Source: a virus
Strand: one strand, 5' to 3'
IMG/VR virus record: IMGVR_UViG_3300032046_000015
Coordinates: 19,017-83,016 of that record
Length of the DNA stretch: 64,000 nt
The position numbers were made by a program, and so were the translations under genes. Under the pieces are notes generated by a model. That model saw only the letters and a list, made by a program, of their open reading frames with translations. It was not told where the DNA came from and did no database searches. Shown here one piece after another: positions 1-9,990 of the stretch. How positions within the stretch are numbered: position 1 is the first letter of the stretch; each line of letters starts with the position of its first letter.

Positions 1-104
1 ACGTACTGGATGAACTTGTCGCTCTGCATGGGATTGAGTTTGCCGCCAGCAGCCAATTGATCCGCTGCGATGACTGCCTTCTCAACCAATTCCTTGTTTG
101 TCAT
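1..104 (-). CDS. Major capsid protein, N-terminal 34 codons only (runs off window), XkdG-like
   Basis: Manual translation from ATG at 104: MTNKELVEKAVIAADQLAAGGKLNPMQSDKFIQY; AGGAGA RBS upstream; follows scaffold gene; N-terminus typical of PBSX XkdG-type capsids. Confidence 0.75.
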   Translation of the reverse strand, partial: MTNKELVEKAVIAADQLAAGGKLNPMQSDKFIQY

Positions 105-143
105 GATTCTGTGTCTCCTCTCTTGTGTTATTCTGGTTTGGGG

Positions 144-950
144 TCAAACGACATTGCCCCAAAAACCTTTGTCACCTTTTTTGACTTCTGTGGTTTGTCC
201 ATCCTGCCCTGGCTGTTTGCTCACTGCTACTGCACCCTCAATGGTTTCCAAACGTTTTACAACGTCTGAAATCTGAGTGCTGAATTCACCGATTGCTTTT
301 GCCAAGTCAGGTGACGTTGTGTCGGCCTTGGCAGTCGGTTGAGCCACAGGTGGCTGTGTTGCGACTGGTGCCGATGCGACTGGTGCCGATGCCGTTGGCA
401 ACGCATTGACATCCACTCCCAGATCATCCAGGATAGCCTTGAGGCTTTGGTATGCCGTCATGATCTTTTCCATGCGATGCTGGCTGATCTTGGCTCCAGC
501 CTTCTCCACTGATTCTGTCGCCTTGGCTGCTGGTGCCGGATAACCTGCCCCCAGTTTGCCCATCGCTGCTTCCAGCTTTGACATCAGACCTTCAAGCAAC
601 GGTTTCATGGCGCCAAGGGCATCCATTAACGGCTTGACATCTGCATATCCAGCCTTGGAAGCATCGGTTGGGACAGCATCAGGTGAAGTGGCCGCTGGCG
701 CTGGTTGATCATCTGTCTTATGGACAGGTGCCGTGGGCTCACTGGTTGCTTCAGGCACAGGCTCATCGCCTGTTGTCTGTTTCACCCGTTCAACTTCCAT
801 ACTTTTGTCTCCTCTCTTTGATTGTTTTACCACCAAGAATTTATGGCGATTAGCAGCCCTGTCAACAAGGCTGACTTCATCCACTGCTATATCCAACAAC
901 CTTGCTGGGCCTGTTGGTTGATTATCCTCTTTGGTTTTATCCTTGCTCAT
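144..950 (-). CDS. Scaffold protein carrying the EVSLVDxAAN segment of a prohead protease
   Basis: N-terminal LLDIAVDEVSLVDRAAN..FLVVK motif, then Ala/Pro/Thr-rich and coiled-coil segments; lies between protease and capsid genes. Confidence 0.7.
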   Translation of the reverse strand: MSKDKTKEDNQPTGPARLLDIAVDEVSLVDRAANRHKFLVVKQSKRGDKSMEVERVKQTTGDEPVPEATSEPTAPVHKTDDQPAPAATSPDAVPTDASKAGYADVKPLMDALGAMKPLLEGLMSKLEAAMGKLGAGYPAPAAKATESVEKAGAKISQHRMEKIMTAYQSLKAILDDLGVDVNALPTASAPVASAPVATQPPVAQPTAKADTTSPDLAKAIGEFSTQISDVVKRLETIEGAVAVSKQPGQDGQTTEVKKGDKGFWGNVV

Positions 951-3900
951 GCCACACTCCTCTCTGGGCCAAGCCTTCTTGCCACTGCCATACCTTTAAT
1001 GCTGAAGCCAGTCAGTTGATTATTTTCAACTTGTTTCCAAGTCTCATTGTCTGTAACATGAACTGTCATGATCCATGTGCCTGGCTTGACTTGCTGATCA
1101 CCAATCATCATGGTGATCGGTGCTATCCAACTTTCAACCACCTCAATTGGGCGTGAGTAATCTTCATGCATTACACCAGTCTTTGAACCCTTATTGTATT
1201 CAGCCAAGAAATCATGGGCAGCTTTTTCAATAACTGGTGCATCATAAATTTGATCTTGCGCATCGAATGTTTCAGGTTCCAACACAATGCCTGTCACCAA
1301 TCGTTTGACTGTGTCTATCTTGATGATAGTGGTGTTGTAAGCCTTTTGTGTAGGTGCTGTAGCAGGTGGTTTGGCTGTCTCAGGATTGTTTGGAAATTCC
1401 TGATCGGCTGGTCTGGCAATCATCCATTCTCTCCTGCCTGGCCCAACAGGTACAAATTGAAATATCCAACGTCCTTTAAGTAATTTGCCGTCAAACCAAA
1501 ACTCTTTATAATGTGGATCTTGTGTGCCTGCCTTCCACTTGATCTTATCTATGATGGTAAGTCTTGACCAAGCATTAGTAGTGGAACCAACAGCACCTGG
1601 TGGAAAAGATTGAGGCTTGTTGGCCCCAACATTCATCCATGAGAGTGGGCCTTGTATTACTTGACCCGATGCTGCTCCACCTTCATCTGATCTGGCTGTC
1701 TTGAAATTAGCCAGTATCTTGTGTGTTGGATCAAGTTCAATAAATTTGTTAATTTGGAATTGATTGCCTGGCGTGAATCCCTCTCCACCTTCCCAGTATG
1801 GCGCTGTGCCTGGCCGCATCCGTATGTCTGTATGAATGGAAACTGGTTCAACCAAAGCAAGTAATTTCAACTGATCTTTGTTCAACGTGGTTTTGTCTAT
1901 ACCCTTAATCAAGGATGATAGCTGACTACTATCCCCATCGGCTGCGTTGGCAATGGCAGCTGTCCAGTTTCCTTTGGCAATCTGATCCAGTTTAGTTATC
2001 TGTACTGGTGTCAGTTTAATAGGATCAACGCCAAAATGAAAAGTGCCACCCAACAGTTTCACTTGATCCTCTGTCAAACCACGTTCATGCGTCTGTAGGA
2101 TTGCTGTGCCAGAGTCACCAGCCTTGAAATCCAATTGCCCTTCTGTCTGTTTCCTTATGGCCAATCTCTTTTCCACCTTGAAGCCAGATTCCAAAAGTGC
2201 TGCTCTGGTCTCAGGATCAGCTTGTAACACATTTCCTTCATCCGCACGCTGTACAATACTCTTGATGTTCTCTGCCTTGGTTGATCCCACTTCCCTGTCC
2301 CTGACCTTGGGAACCACTGCTGTTATCTTCCACACATCGGCAACATTATCATATTCTGGAATAATCTCTTCAACTCCCAAAGTGATAATGCTTCCATCTG
2401 GTGCGTCCAGATTAGTGTTGAATGTTTTGCCCAACGTAACAAGCTTGCCCTTATCATCCTCATAGGCAACTGTGTAATTCCATGTGCGGGGTGAACCTGA
2501 TACTGTCTGCCTGCTTAACACTTGTACTTTTATCTCAACCAGATTCTTAATCTTTGACCACGCAGGAGTCTGTCCAGTTAGTGGATAATCTGAATTCACT
2601 GCTTTGGCAACAGCCCCTTCTGAACCTGGTTGCTTAGAAACATCTGAGATTATTTTCAACAAAGCAGCTTTGTTATCAACAACATGCTTTGGTGTTATTT
2701 TCATGAACTTGAAATCATACTTACCAAACAAATCCTCCAATATGCCACGTCTTTCTGTCCAAGGTTTGCTGTGTAAATCCTGTCCATCATAATACAATAC
2801 ATCGAACACATGTGCTATTATTGAAGCCTTGGAACCATCAGCCAGAGTCAATTGACCCGACACAGGCACAACTTGGTTACCTGCCCAAGCAGCCAAATCC
2901 TTCCTGGCGACTGGTCTTCCATTATCGTGAACTGCTCCAAGATCAGCATCCAAAATAACTCCTTGACCTATGGCCTTGAGATCATCTACAAGAGATGGAA
3001 ATTGCTTGGAACGATCATCCTTGGAATCTTCAAAGAAAATTAATGTCTTGTCTGCACTGTCTGCTTCCAACACAGTGCGCCAACCGTTATATTTTTGCTC
3101 AACATCAATTCCTATCTTTTCTTTCAACAGTGCTTCAGCCCAACCAGTGTTAAACTCCTCTGGCGTGAAATACTCTTGCTGTGAATATCCGCCAGCAGTC
3201 TTCAATGGTATGAAACGTTGTAATGGTTTCAATGTGTCCGCTTTTGACACATTGATCCTCTTGGCCTCAGGTCTCAGAACAGCCACCAAATCATACAGAG
3301 GAATATGGTCATCATGTGGCCCAGATGCGTGGTACACATAATGAACAAGATGTCTCATACCTTCTGGGATTTGGTTTCGCACTTTCACTTCCAATGCCGA
3401 ATCAGGATTGTCCTGCCTGATGAGCATGTCTATGTCATGAGGTTCTTGCTGCTTAATGGAACCACCAACCAAATTGATATAACCTGGACACAACACCATG
3501 TCGCCCAAACCGTTGAAAATCTGCGCTGGTGCTTCTGCTGTTTTATCAAACACCACAACAGCATTGTTATCCTCTGTTCTGAATATATACTTAGCAACTT
3601 CATATCCTGCCATACAACTACGCAAATCATCCATACTCTTGAATTCACGTTTATGTGTAAGATCAAGCCTTTTACCCAGTGGCACCAAGTGGATGGCTCG
3701 CATCCTGGCAATGCGCAGACTTTCATCTATGGCCGCATTTGGATCAGATAGATGTTCCAGAGTGTGCATGCTTAGCACAGTGTCAAATGCCCCATCAGGA
3801 TATGACAGCTTGTTGACATCCTCTTTTTTCACTTTGTGATTGTGTTGCCCGCACAGCTTCATAGCTGTTATGGAATTGTCCACGCCTTCCACATTGAACC

Positions 3901-4303
3901 CTGACTTGGATAGAACATCCAATTCACGTCCTGCTCCGCATCCCATCACTAACACATCCTGTCCTTGGATGTATGGACTGATGGCCGCAAAATCTCTTAT
4001 GAATAAATCTGTAACATCAATCAGCCCAGGGCTGAAATAGTTTTCACCATACTCTTCATCTGTTGGCATTGATGTTGCCTTCCCAAGTTGCGTGTAGTTC
4101 AGACCACGCTTTATCATCTCATCTCTCAATATATTAAACTTGTTCAGAAGTGTAGCCACAGTCAATCCATCGGTGGACTTACCATCGCCAGCCCCTCCTT
4201 CAGTTAACAGTGCATACAACTGGTGACAGCGCCAATGTAAGTTCAACAACTCCTGGTTGTCCACCGCTGCTAGACTGTCTTTTGTGATATCGTTTATTTT
4301 CAT
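947..4303 (-). CDS. Polyprotein: SAM methyltransferase + nucleotidyltransferase-like + ATP-dependent DNA ligase + LigD phosphoesterase-like + XkdF-type prohead protease
   Basis: VLVMGCGAG/GVDNS/FDTVLSMHTLEH (MTase); LVGGS..HDIDMLIR (Pol-beta fold); EQKYNGWR, ILDAD, VFDVLYYDG, EGAVAK, WSKIK (ligase); HTDIR..EFWFDGKLLKGRWIF (PE-like); LVTGIVLEP..IEKAAHDFL..VVESWIAP..GFSIKG (XkdF). Confidence 0.8.
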   Translation of the reverse strand: MKINDITKDSLAAVDNQELLNLHWRCHQLYALLTEGGAGDGKSTDGLTVATLLNKFNILRDEMIKRGLNYTQLGKATSMPTDEEYGENYFSPGLIDVTDLFIRDFAAISPYIQGQDVLVMGCGAGRELDVLSKSGFNVEGVDNSITAMKLCGQHNHKVKKEDVNKLSYPDGAFDTVLSMHTLEHLSDPNAAIDESLRIARMRAIHLVPLGKRLDLTHKREFKSMDDLRSCMAGYEVAKYIFRTEDNNAVVVFDKTAEAPAQIFNGLGDMVLCPGYINLVGGSIKQQEPHDIDMLIRQDNPDSALEVKVRNQIPEGMRHLVHYVYHASGPHDDHIPLYDLVAVLRPEAKRINVSKADTLKPLQRFIPLKTAGGYSQQEYFTPEEFNTGWAEALLKEKIGIDVEQKYNGWRTVLEADSADKTLIFFEDSKDDRSKQFPSLVDDLKAIGQGVILDADLGAVHDNGRPVARKDLAAWAGNQVVPVSGQLTLADGSKASIIAHVFDVLYYDGQDLHSKPWTERRGILEDLFGKYDFKFMKITPKHVVDNKAALLKIISDVSKQPGSEGAVAKAVNSDYPLTGQTPAWSKIKNLVEIKVQVLSRQTVSGSPRTWNYTVAYEDDKGKLVTLGKTFNTNLDAPDGSIITLGVEEIIPEYDNVADVWKITAVVPKVRDREVGSTKAENIKSIVQRADEGNVLQADPETRAALLESGFKVEKRLAIRKQTEGQLDFKAGDSGTAILQTHERGLTEDQVKLLGGTFHFGVDPIKLTPVQITKLDQIAKGNWTAAIANAADGDSSQLSSLIKGIDKTTLNKDQLKLLALVEPVSIHTDIRMRPGTAPYWEGGEGFTPGNQFQINKFIELDPTHKILANFKTARSDEGGAASGQVIQGPLSWMNVGANKPQSFPPGAVGSTTNAWSRLTIIDKIKWKAGTQDPHYKEFWFDGKLLKGRWIFQFVPVGPGRREWMIARPADQEFPNNPETAKPPATAPTQKAYNTTIIKIDTVKRLVTGIVLEPETFDAQDQIYDAPVIEKAAHDFLAEYNKGSKTGVMHEDYSRPIEVVESWIAPITMMIGDQQVKPGTWIMTVHVTDNETWKQVENNQLTGFSIKGMAVARRLGPERSVA

Positions 4304-4566
4304 ACCATTTCAATTGCTTGTGTTCTTGAGCCAGAAAAGTTCAGAAACAAAGCATGTAAAAATTCCTCACCATCATCCGGTGTGACTAGCTTGTTGAATG
4401 AACCATCTTCATTGAAGACAGGCATTCCATTCTTGAACCTATCTTTGAGCATCTGATCATTGTAATCAGCAACCACCTTGTCTCCATCCAACTTGAAAGT
4501 TGCCAATACTTGATGGGTAGTTGGCATGTCGTTGAATATGACTTGTACTGCTTTCACGTTATCCAC
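4300..4566 (-). CDS. Hypothetical protein downstream of MuF
   Basis: 88-aa ORF overlapping both neighbours. Confidence 0.6.
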   Translation of the reverse strand: MDNVKAVQVIFNDMPTTHQVLATFKLDGDKVVADYNDQMLKDRFKNGMPVFNEDGSFNKLVTPDDGEEFLHALFLNFSGSRTQAIEMV

Positions 4567-5869
4567 CGTCCATAGGTTTCACAACGGCTTGGGAATCTCC
4601 AAACTCATAGAATTTGGTTTCATTAGCAGAATAATCCATTGCACTTGATCTGGGTAAAAGCCTTGGATCAGCTTCCAGCAATCTTGTCTCAATCGGATTG
4701 GCCCTGGGCGGTGGTGGCGCTGCTGGGCCAGTTGTTGGCACCTGCCAAGTCTTGTTAGTAGTCACAACAATAGTACGACAATGGAAATGATAAGGTGGAA
4801 AAGCCAAACCACCTTCTGCCATGGCAGTCGCTGTTGCTGTGGATGGAAGTGCTCCAGCACTTATTCCAAACTTTTGAGAAGCATCTCCTGCTGACATCCA
4901 ACCTGCTGCTGCCTTCACTCCACCTGGCGTGACAGAGTTCAAAACCTTATCACGTTGTTCCAATCCCAGTGGCACGCTGAATTCCTTGCCATTCATCAAT
5001 CGGCATATTTCACTTGTGCGTTCATCCAGCACAGCGTCAATCCGATAAACTTCAACCCCTGCCGTGGCAAACGTTTCAAGGTTTGCCCACGTGGTTGCCC
5101 GTGTCGCAGCGTTGGCAGTGAGACCTTCAAAATATAAGTCTGTTGGCCCTCTCCATCCTGGTGGCGGAACACCAACAGCTGCTGGCAGCGTGCCATTTCT
5201 TATTTGGTTGGCTAGATTATGTTGTAACTCTCTCGCAGCTTCTTCACGGCTGAGACCTTGAGTCAACATCGTGTTGTTAACGTCCTCATGCACTAGTGTT
5301 TGTAAATTGTCGCCATAGAAATTACCAATCCAGTGCATGTTATCTTTTCTCATCCAATCAATGGCTTCAGAATCAACCAGATTGAAATTGGGAGCAACTT
5401 TCAATTTATCGGAAAAACCAGCACGCTGAAGATTGTACATTAAGCCTGTGGCCTTTAACACTTCATTCCTGACCTTCTCAGGATATGTGTCCAGAGTTGT
5501 GTCGAATATGCGGTTGAACAGTTTGGCATCATTTTGTGTGAGTGGCCCTTTGCGTCCTTTCAATTCACCCAGAGCACGTTGAACTGCTTGTTGGACTGTG
5601 ATATCAAACTTACCATTCAATAATTTATTCAAACTTGTCTCAATGGTTCCGACATTGGGTGCTGCCATGATTACCACATCAGTAATCAAGTCATCCAGCA
5701 TATGGACAACATGCTTGGCTTGGTGCTTATCCTTGAAGTGGATACCACCGACAACCAGTGGTTGATCATTTTCCGTTATCACGCACACGCTTGAACCATC
5801 TCCATTTGCCATTGGACTTGGACTGTTCTTTTGTTGTGTTAGCTTCACAGCCTTCTTTGAAGCACGCAA
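4559..5869 (-). CDS. Head morphogenesis protein (MuF/SPP1 gp7-like); likely start near 5812
   Basis: AVLDERTSEICRLMNGK and PPYHFHCRT motifs; position after portal. Confidence 0.85.
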   Translation of the reverse strand: MRASKKAVKLTQQKNSPSPMANGDGSSVCVITENDQPLVVGGIHFKDKHQAKHVVHMLDDLITDVVIMAAPNVGTIETSLNKLLNGKFDITVQQAVQRALGELKGRKGPLTQNDAKLFNRIFDTTLDTYPEKVRNEVLKATGLMYNLQRAGFSDKLKVAPNFNLVDSEAIDWMRKDNMHWIGNFYGDNLQTLVHEDVNNTMLTQGLSREEAARELQHNLANQIRNGTLPAAVGVPPPGWRGPTDLYFEGLTANAATRATTWANLETFATAGVEVYRIDAVLDERTSEICRLMNGKEFSVPLGLEQRDKVLNSVTPGGVKAAAGWMSAGDASQKFGISAGALPSTATATAMAEGGLAFPPYHFHCRTIVVTTNKTWQVPTTGPAAPPPPRANPIETRLLEADPRLLPRSSAMDYSANETKFYEFGDSQAVVKPMDGG

Positions 5870-5987
5870 CTGGCTGTTTAACTAAACACTGATCTTTTGG
5901 AATGCCTATACTCGCACACAATTCATTGACTACCTGGCGTTGTGTGTTCACTAGACTTTCCAATTGATCGTGACCTTTTTTGCTCAC
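5766..5987 (-). CDS. Hypothetical protein
   Basis: 73-aa ORF with ATGA overlap to upstream ORF. Confidence 0.45.
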   Translation of the reverse strand: MSKKGHDQLESLVNTQRQVVNELCASIGIPKDQCLVKQPVACFKEGCEANTTKEQSKSNGKWRWFKRVRDNGK

Positions 5988-6187
5988 GTCACGTTGCCTC
6001 TTTTTGTTTCGATGTAAGTCTTCAACGCCACCAACGCTGATGTGTTATTTGTTACAGTTTCAATGAGACATGAAAGCAAATTCTCTTCACGTCTGCTCTG
6101 CTCTCTATATTGAAGATACCAGAATATCAACACAACGCCAGCTGGCCCACTGTATTGAAGTATCAACTTGAGGTATTCCAATATCAT
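5984..6187 (-). CDS. Small single-TM membrane protein (BhlA/holin-like)
   Basis: GPAGVVLIFWYL hydrophobic segment followed by REENLL..TNNTSAL coiled segment. Confidence 0.5.
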   Translation of the reverse strand: MILEYLKLILQYSGPAGVVLIFWYLQYREQSRREENLLSCLIETVTNNTSALVALKTYIETKRGNVT

Positions 6188-7884
6188 TTAATATCCTCTC
6201 CATCGATGATTGCTTGGGCAACCGCTGTGCGAAGTGCCATCAATGCTTGGACAACATCTCCACCATCGATGATTGCTTTTTGAACTATTGATTTCATGGG
6301 TGCTATTGTGCCCATGTTAATTGGCCCAGTATTCTTGGCTGCTTCTGCCACTTGGATAGTGAATGGAACATCTGGATCAATCGCAGTCACTTTTCCAAGA
6401 TTGGTACCAAAGATGTCTGACATGATATTCCTGGCAATCTGTGGCGTCAACCCGCCTGTACCTTCTGATGCTGCTAGCATCTTGGTCAGGCTTTCACTGT
6501 CTGTAACGTTTGGGCCATTGGAAATAAAACGGTGATACACGATGCCTAGCCTTGGCAGTATCTGGCTATTCATGAAAGCATCAAAAGCAGTGCGCTCAGG
6601 AGCAAACACCTGCTCATCAGCTAACTGTCGGCTGGCTTCTGCTGTTGCTCTGGAATAGTCTTCAGCCTTGCCAACAAATATCGGTGGCAGTCTAAAGGCA
6701 CCACGCACCTTGTCACGATTGTTCGCATCATAAGATTGAAACATCGCATCTTTGATTTGTTGGTTAGTCAATGGCGTGATACTTATCTTGATAGCATCCG
6801 ACTGTCCAGGCATGGGCGCAACCTCAACTGGCTCAGCTTCCAGAATAAGGAATTTGCTATAATTGCTGCTGCCCTTAATATTGGATTCAACAAACTGTTC
6901 GATGCGCTTGATCGTGCCAGTGGTCAACATACCACCACCGGACACAGTCACTACCATGGATGGCACGTTGTTGTTTTTTAACGTAGTGTAGTTGATCTCC
7001 TCTGCCGCACGACTGCCGAATATGCTGAACAGATTGCCAATAAACCTTGGCAACCCATATGGTGTTCTGGCCGATGGTATCCTGAAGTGATGCATGGAAT
7101 TGGCTCTGTACTTGATCTCAATAGGATTGTTTGAATATTCACCCGTCTCACAGTTCAAATTTCTTGGATCACCCAGCTGCTTGAAATATACCTTCTGCCC
7201 CTCTCTGATCTGTATGAAACGTCTGAAGCGCACCATCCTCTTAACCTTCACCAAAACTGGCACGCCATTCTGATCCACTTCTATCTGTGGCACTTCCACC
7301 ATGACTGGAGTTGTGTCCAATGGTGTAAGTCTAACTGTCCAAGCTGGTGCCCACTCCAACCATCTGATCGCACCTTGAGTATCCTCAATAATTTCCCAGT
7401 ATCCGTTGCCTGTGAGTTCCAAATCACGTCTGGTCAACCTGCGCAATGATATGAAATTACTGTTGAAGCAACAGTTGTTGAAAAAGTTGGCCAGCTTGAT
7501 TCTTTCAACTTCCATTGTCTTTAGGATTTCAGGATTGGCCTCAATTGCTTGTGGCAGAGTAACAGGAACAATGCGATGGCCAAAACCTTCTATGTTCACT
7601 TCCATGGCCTCAACTGTAGGTTGTAGCTCACTGTTATTCTCAATCAGCATTGACAATGGCAGTGGATCAAGTGGTGGCTCGACAACAGTCTTGCTGTTTA
7701 CCAAAGTTGCCCAAGGATCATCTTGAGATAGTTGCTTGCTGTAAGCAGATTCAGATTCAGCAACATCACCTATCTGTTTAGTGATCCCAACAATCGTTGC
7801 CCTGACTGCTCTAGCATTTGGATTATCAACACCCGCTGTCACCACAGTTAGTCTGTTAACCTTTTGTCTTTGGACGTCACTCAT
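6184..7884 (-). CDS. Portal protein (PBSX family)
   Basis: DLELTGNGYWE, YGLPRF, AFRLPPIFVG, YSRATAEAS..VFAPER motifs; follows terminase. Confidence 0.9.
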   Translation of the reverse strand: MSDVQRQKVNRLTVVTAGVDNPNARAVRATIVGITKQIGDVAESESAYSKQLSQDDPWATLVNSKTVVEPPLDPLPLSMLIENNSELQPTVEAMEVNIEGFGHRIVPVTLPQAIEANPEILKTMEVERIKLANFFNNCCFNSNFISLRRLTRRDLELTGNGYWEIIEDTQGAIRWLEWAPAWTVRLTPLDTTPVMVEVPQIEVDQNGVPVLVKVKRMVRFRRFIQIREGQKVYFKQLGDPRNLNCETGEYSNNPIEIKYRANSMHHFRIPSARTPYGLPRFIGNLFSIFGSRAAEEINYTTLKNNNVPSMVVTVSGGGMLTTGTIKRIEQFVESNIKGSSNYSKFLILEAEPVEVAPMPGQSDAIKISITPLTNQQIKDAMFQSYDANNRDKVRGAFRLPPIFVGKAEDYSRATAEASRQLADEQVFAPERTAFDAFMNSQILPRLGIVYHRFISNGPNVTDSESLTKMLAASEGTGGLTPQIARNIMSDIFGTNLGKVTAIDPDVPFTIQVAEAAKNTGPINMGTIAPMKSIVQKAIIDGGDVVQALMALRTAVAQAIIDGEDIK

Positions 7885-9296
7885 TATAGCAACCCTGGTT
7901 CCTCTCTTGTTTTCCTTACACGCCTCAGTGTAGCCATGCTGATAGCAAAATCAAGAGCATCAATAATATCGTCATGTTCTCCATTTGGGAATGATAACAG
8001 TTCATCTTCCAACTCCGGCATATCACGTCCCATCAGTATTTCACCATTCTCAAATTTCTGTGCTAGCTTTGTCATTCTGGTCAGCTTGTCCAATGATGTG
8101 AATATCGGATGGGCACGAACAAACTTGTATTGCGGCTGACTTTTCAATTCCTGATAAACTGCCTTCTGATATGCGTTGGATTCTATCCCAGCCCTGATGG
8201 GCTCATATTGTTTGAACATTTTAACAATCAATTTTATCTGTTCAGGAAATGGGGTATGAACACGCTGATATTCTACAAGATAAAACTTGTTTGCCAGCCT
8301 GTCATAAGCAATTGTGAATATAACAAAGAAGTCATGGAATAGTTGCTGACCGATAGCCAAGTCAACTCCTTGATAGTATTCCAGCCCCTTTGGCACCTCA
8401 TCATAATATTGAAAGTGTTCATCGTTAAACACGTTGCCCATCATGGCTTGCGTGTCCAACATGTACTGGCAGTTAAACACAATGCTGCCACTTGCTCTGC
8501 GCTTGCCTTCAAACCAGACTGGTGGATGACGCTCTGGCCATGGGCTGCGTCCTTGTGAATCTAGTGCTGGAATGACAAGATGGTTCTTGGCAAACTCATT
8601 CTTGATCAAGTGGCCATATAGATCATGGTAATGATAACGTGTTCCAATGATCCATTCCTTGCCACCCTCTTCCAACGTTGGCTCCAACTCAGTGTAGTAC
8701 CATTCCTTAACCTTCTCACGTTGACCGTATGTCCTGCTGTTTTCTATTGACACCAAGTCATCCGCTATTATCATGTCAAAGTGCCGACTGACTACACCAC
8801 CATCTATGCCAACTGTGGTTATGTTGCTCTCCATGGCAGATGTGGTACGATTGGCAACATTGATTTCACGTGTGTCCCACTTGTCCCCTACTTGGTTGCC
8901 AAATATCTCTGTCAACTGTCTCTCTTGTAGCCTGTTCTTGATACCACGCAAAAAGGTTTCAGCCTGTGTACATGTCCTTGAACTCAGCAATATCCTGATG
9001 TTTGGATCCACCAAGACTTGCAACACAGACTGACCAATGGTTAATGGCTGAGTTTTTCCTGCTCCACGATATGCCAGGATAACTCCACGTGGATGATTGC
9101 GTTGAAACTCCATCATCTGGTGGTGGAACGGCTTGATGATTAGTGCTGGGCTATCAAACACAAACTTGCAAAGCACATCCAATCGCTTGTCTTCTAACAC
9201 AGCCTGACGGATGTACTCATTGCGCATTTCACGCTTGTGCTGCCACTGTTGGACTAGTGTGTCCCGTTCTGGCGTTGATATTTGTAAGCCTGGCAC
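7884..9296 (-). CDS. terL: Terminase large subunit
   Basis: Walker A YRGAGKT, Walker B IIADD, IGTRYH, nuclease GVDLAI and HDDIIDA. Confidence 0.93.
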   Translation of the reverse strand: MPGLQISTPERDTLVQQWQHKREMRNEYIRQAVLEDKRLDVLCKFVFDSPALIIKPFHHQMMEFQRNHPRGVILAYRGAGKTQPLTIGQSVLQVLVDPNIRILLSSRTCTQAETFLRGIKNRLQERQLTEIFGNQVGDKWDTREINVANRTTSAMESNITTVGIDGGVVSRHFDMIIADDLVSIENSRTYGQREKVKEWYYTELEPTLEEGGKEWIIGTRYHYHDLYGHLIKNEFAKNHLVIPALDSQGRSPWPERHPPVWFEGKRRASGSIVFNCQYMLDTQAMMGNVFNDEHFQYYDEVPKGLEYYQGVDLAIGQQLFHDFFVIFTIAYDRLANKFYLVEYQRVHTPFPEQIKLIVKMFKQYEPIRAGIESNAYQKAVYQELKSQPQYKFVRAHPIFTSLDKLTRMTKLAQKFENGEILMGRDMPELEDELLSFPNGEHDDIIDALDFAISMATLRRVRKTREEPGLL

Positions 9297-9441
9297 TGTG
9301 TAAATTCCTCAACAATCGTGGCCAGCTGCTGGCGGTGTGTGAGGCGGTGGACGGAATCACCGCCAGTCAGCTGGGCCATCCGGTTTGCTATGTTACCCTT
9401 GAGGGAAGTGGTGGATGCTCGCAAACCAGACCGTGTGTGTA

Positions 9442-9768
9442 TTATCCTTCCAGAGCGATGAATGTGTATTCATCGTTCAGCTTGTTCACTGTGACGTCTG
9501 TGCCCAAGCTGAATTTGAAGAAGTCAGCGACAGTCCCACGACCTGCCGCAACCTGCTCTGGGATGCTAATTCCTTCTGTGGCGATCATGGCATCTCCTGT
9601 CGCATCGAAATGCACACCTGCCGGCATCTGATCGCTCTTGACCGACATGTTGGGCGTGGTCTTGTCGATGATCACGACTGCTTTGGGCGCAAACGGCAGC
9701 TTGACTTCCAAGGCTGCTCCTGTGCCTTTGTAATTTCCAGTTGCAACTTTTGCTACTCCACTTGACAT
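9442..9768 (-). CDS. Putative small virion/head decoration protein
   Basis: TGNYKGTG..LPFAPKAV beta-rich pattern; AGAGGAGA RBS. Confidence 0.5.
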   Translation of the reverse strand: MSSGVAKVATGNYKGTGAALEVKLPFAPKAVVIIDKTTPNMSVKSDQMPAGVHFDATGDAMIATEGISIPEQVAAGRGTVADFFKFSLGTDVTVNKLNDEYTFIALEG

Positions 9769-9990
9769 TTGAATGTCTCCTCTCTTTGTTTGTATTTAGC
9801 TTGACTCAAGCCTTTTGCTTCTGCTTTTTTATCGGCATCTGCTTCATGCTGAGCAGTGCCTGACTGTGTTTTTCTGTTTGACTCTTCTGCTCTTTTAATA
9901 ATCTAAAGATTATTAAAAGAGCAGAAGTCATGTTCCACACCGCAACAATCGGCCATGTAATAGTGGCAGCGACTGTTTTGGTTAATTTGA

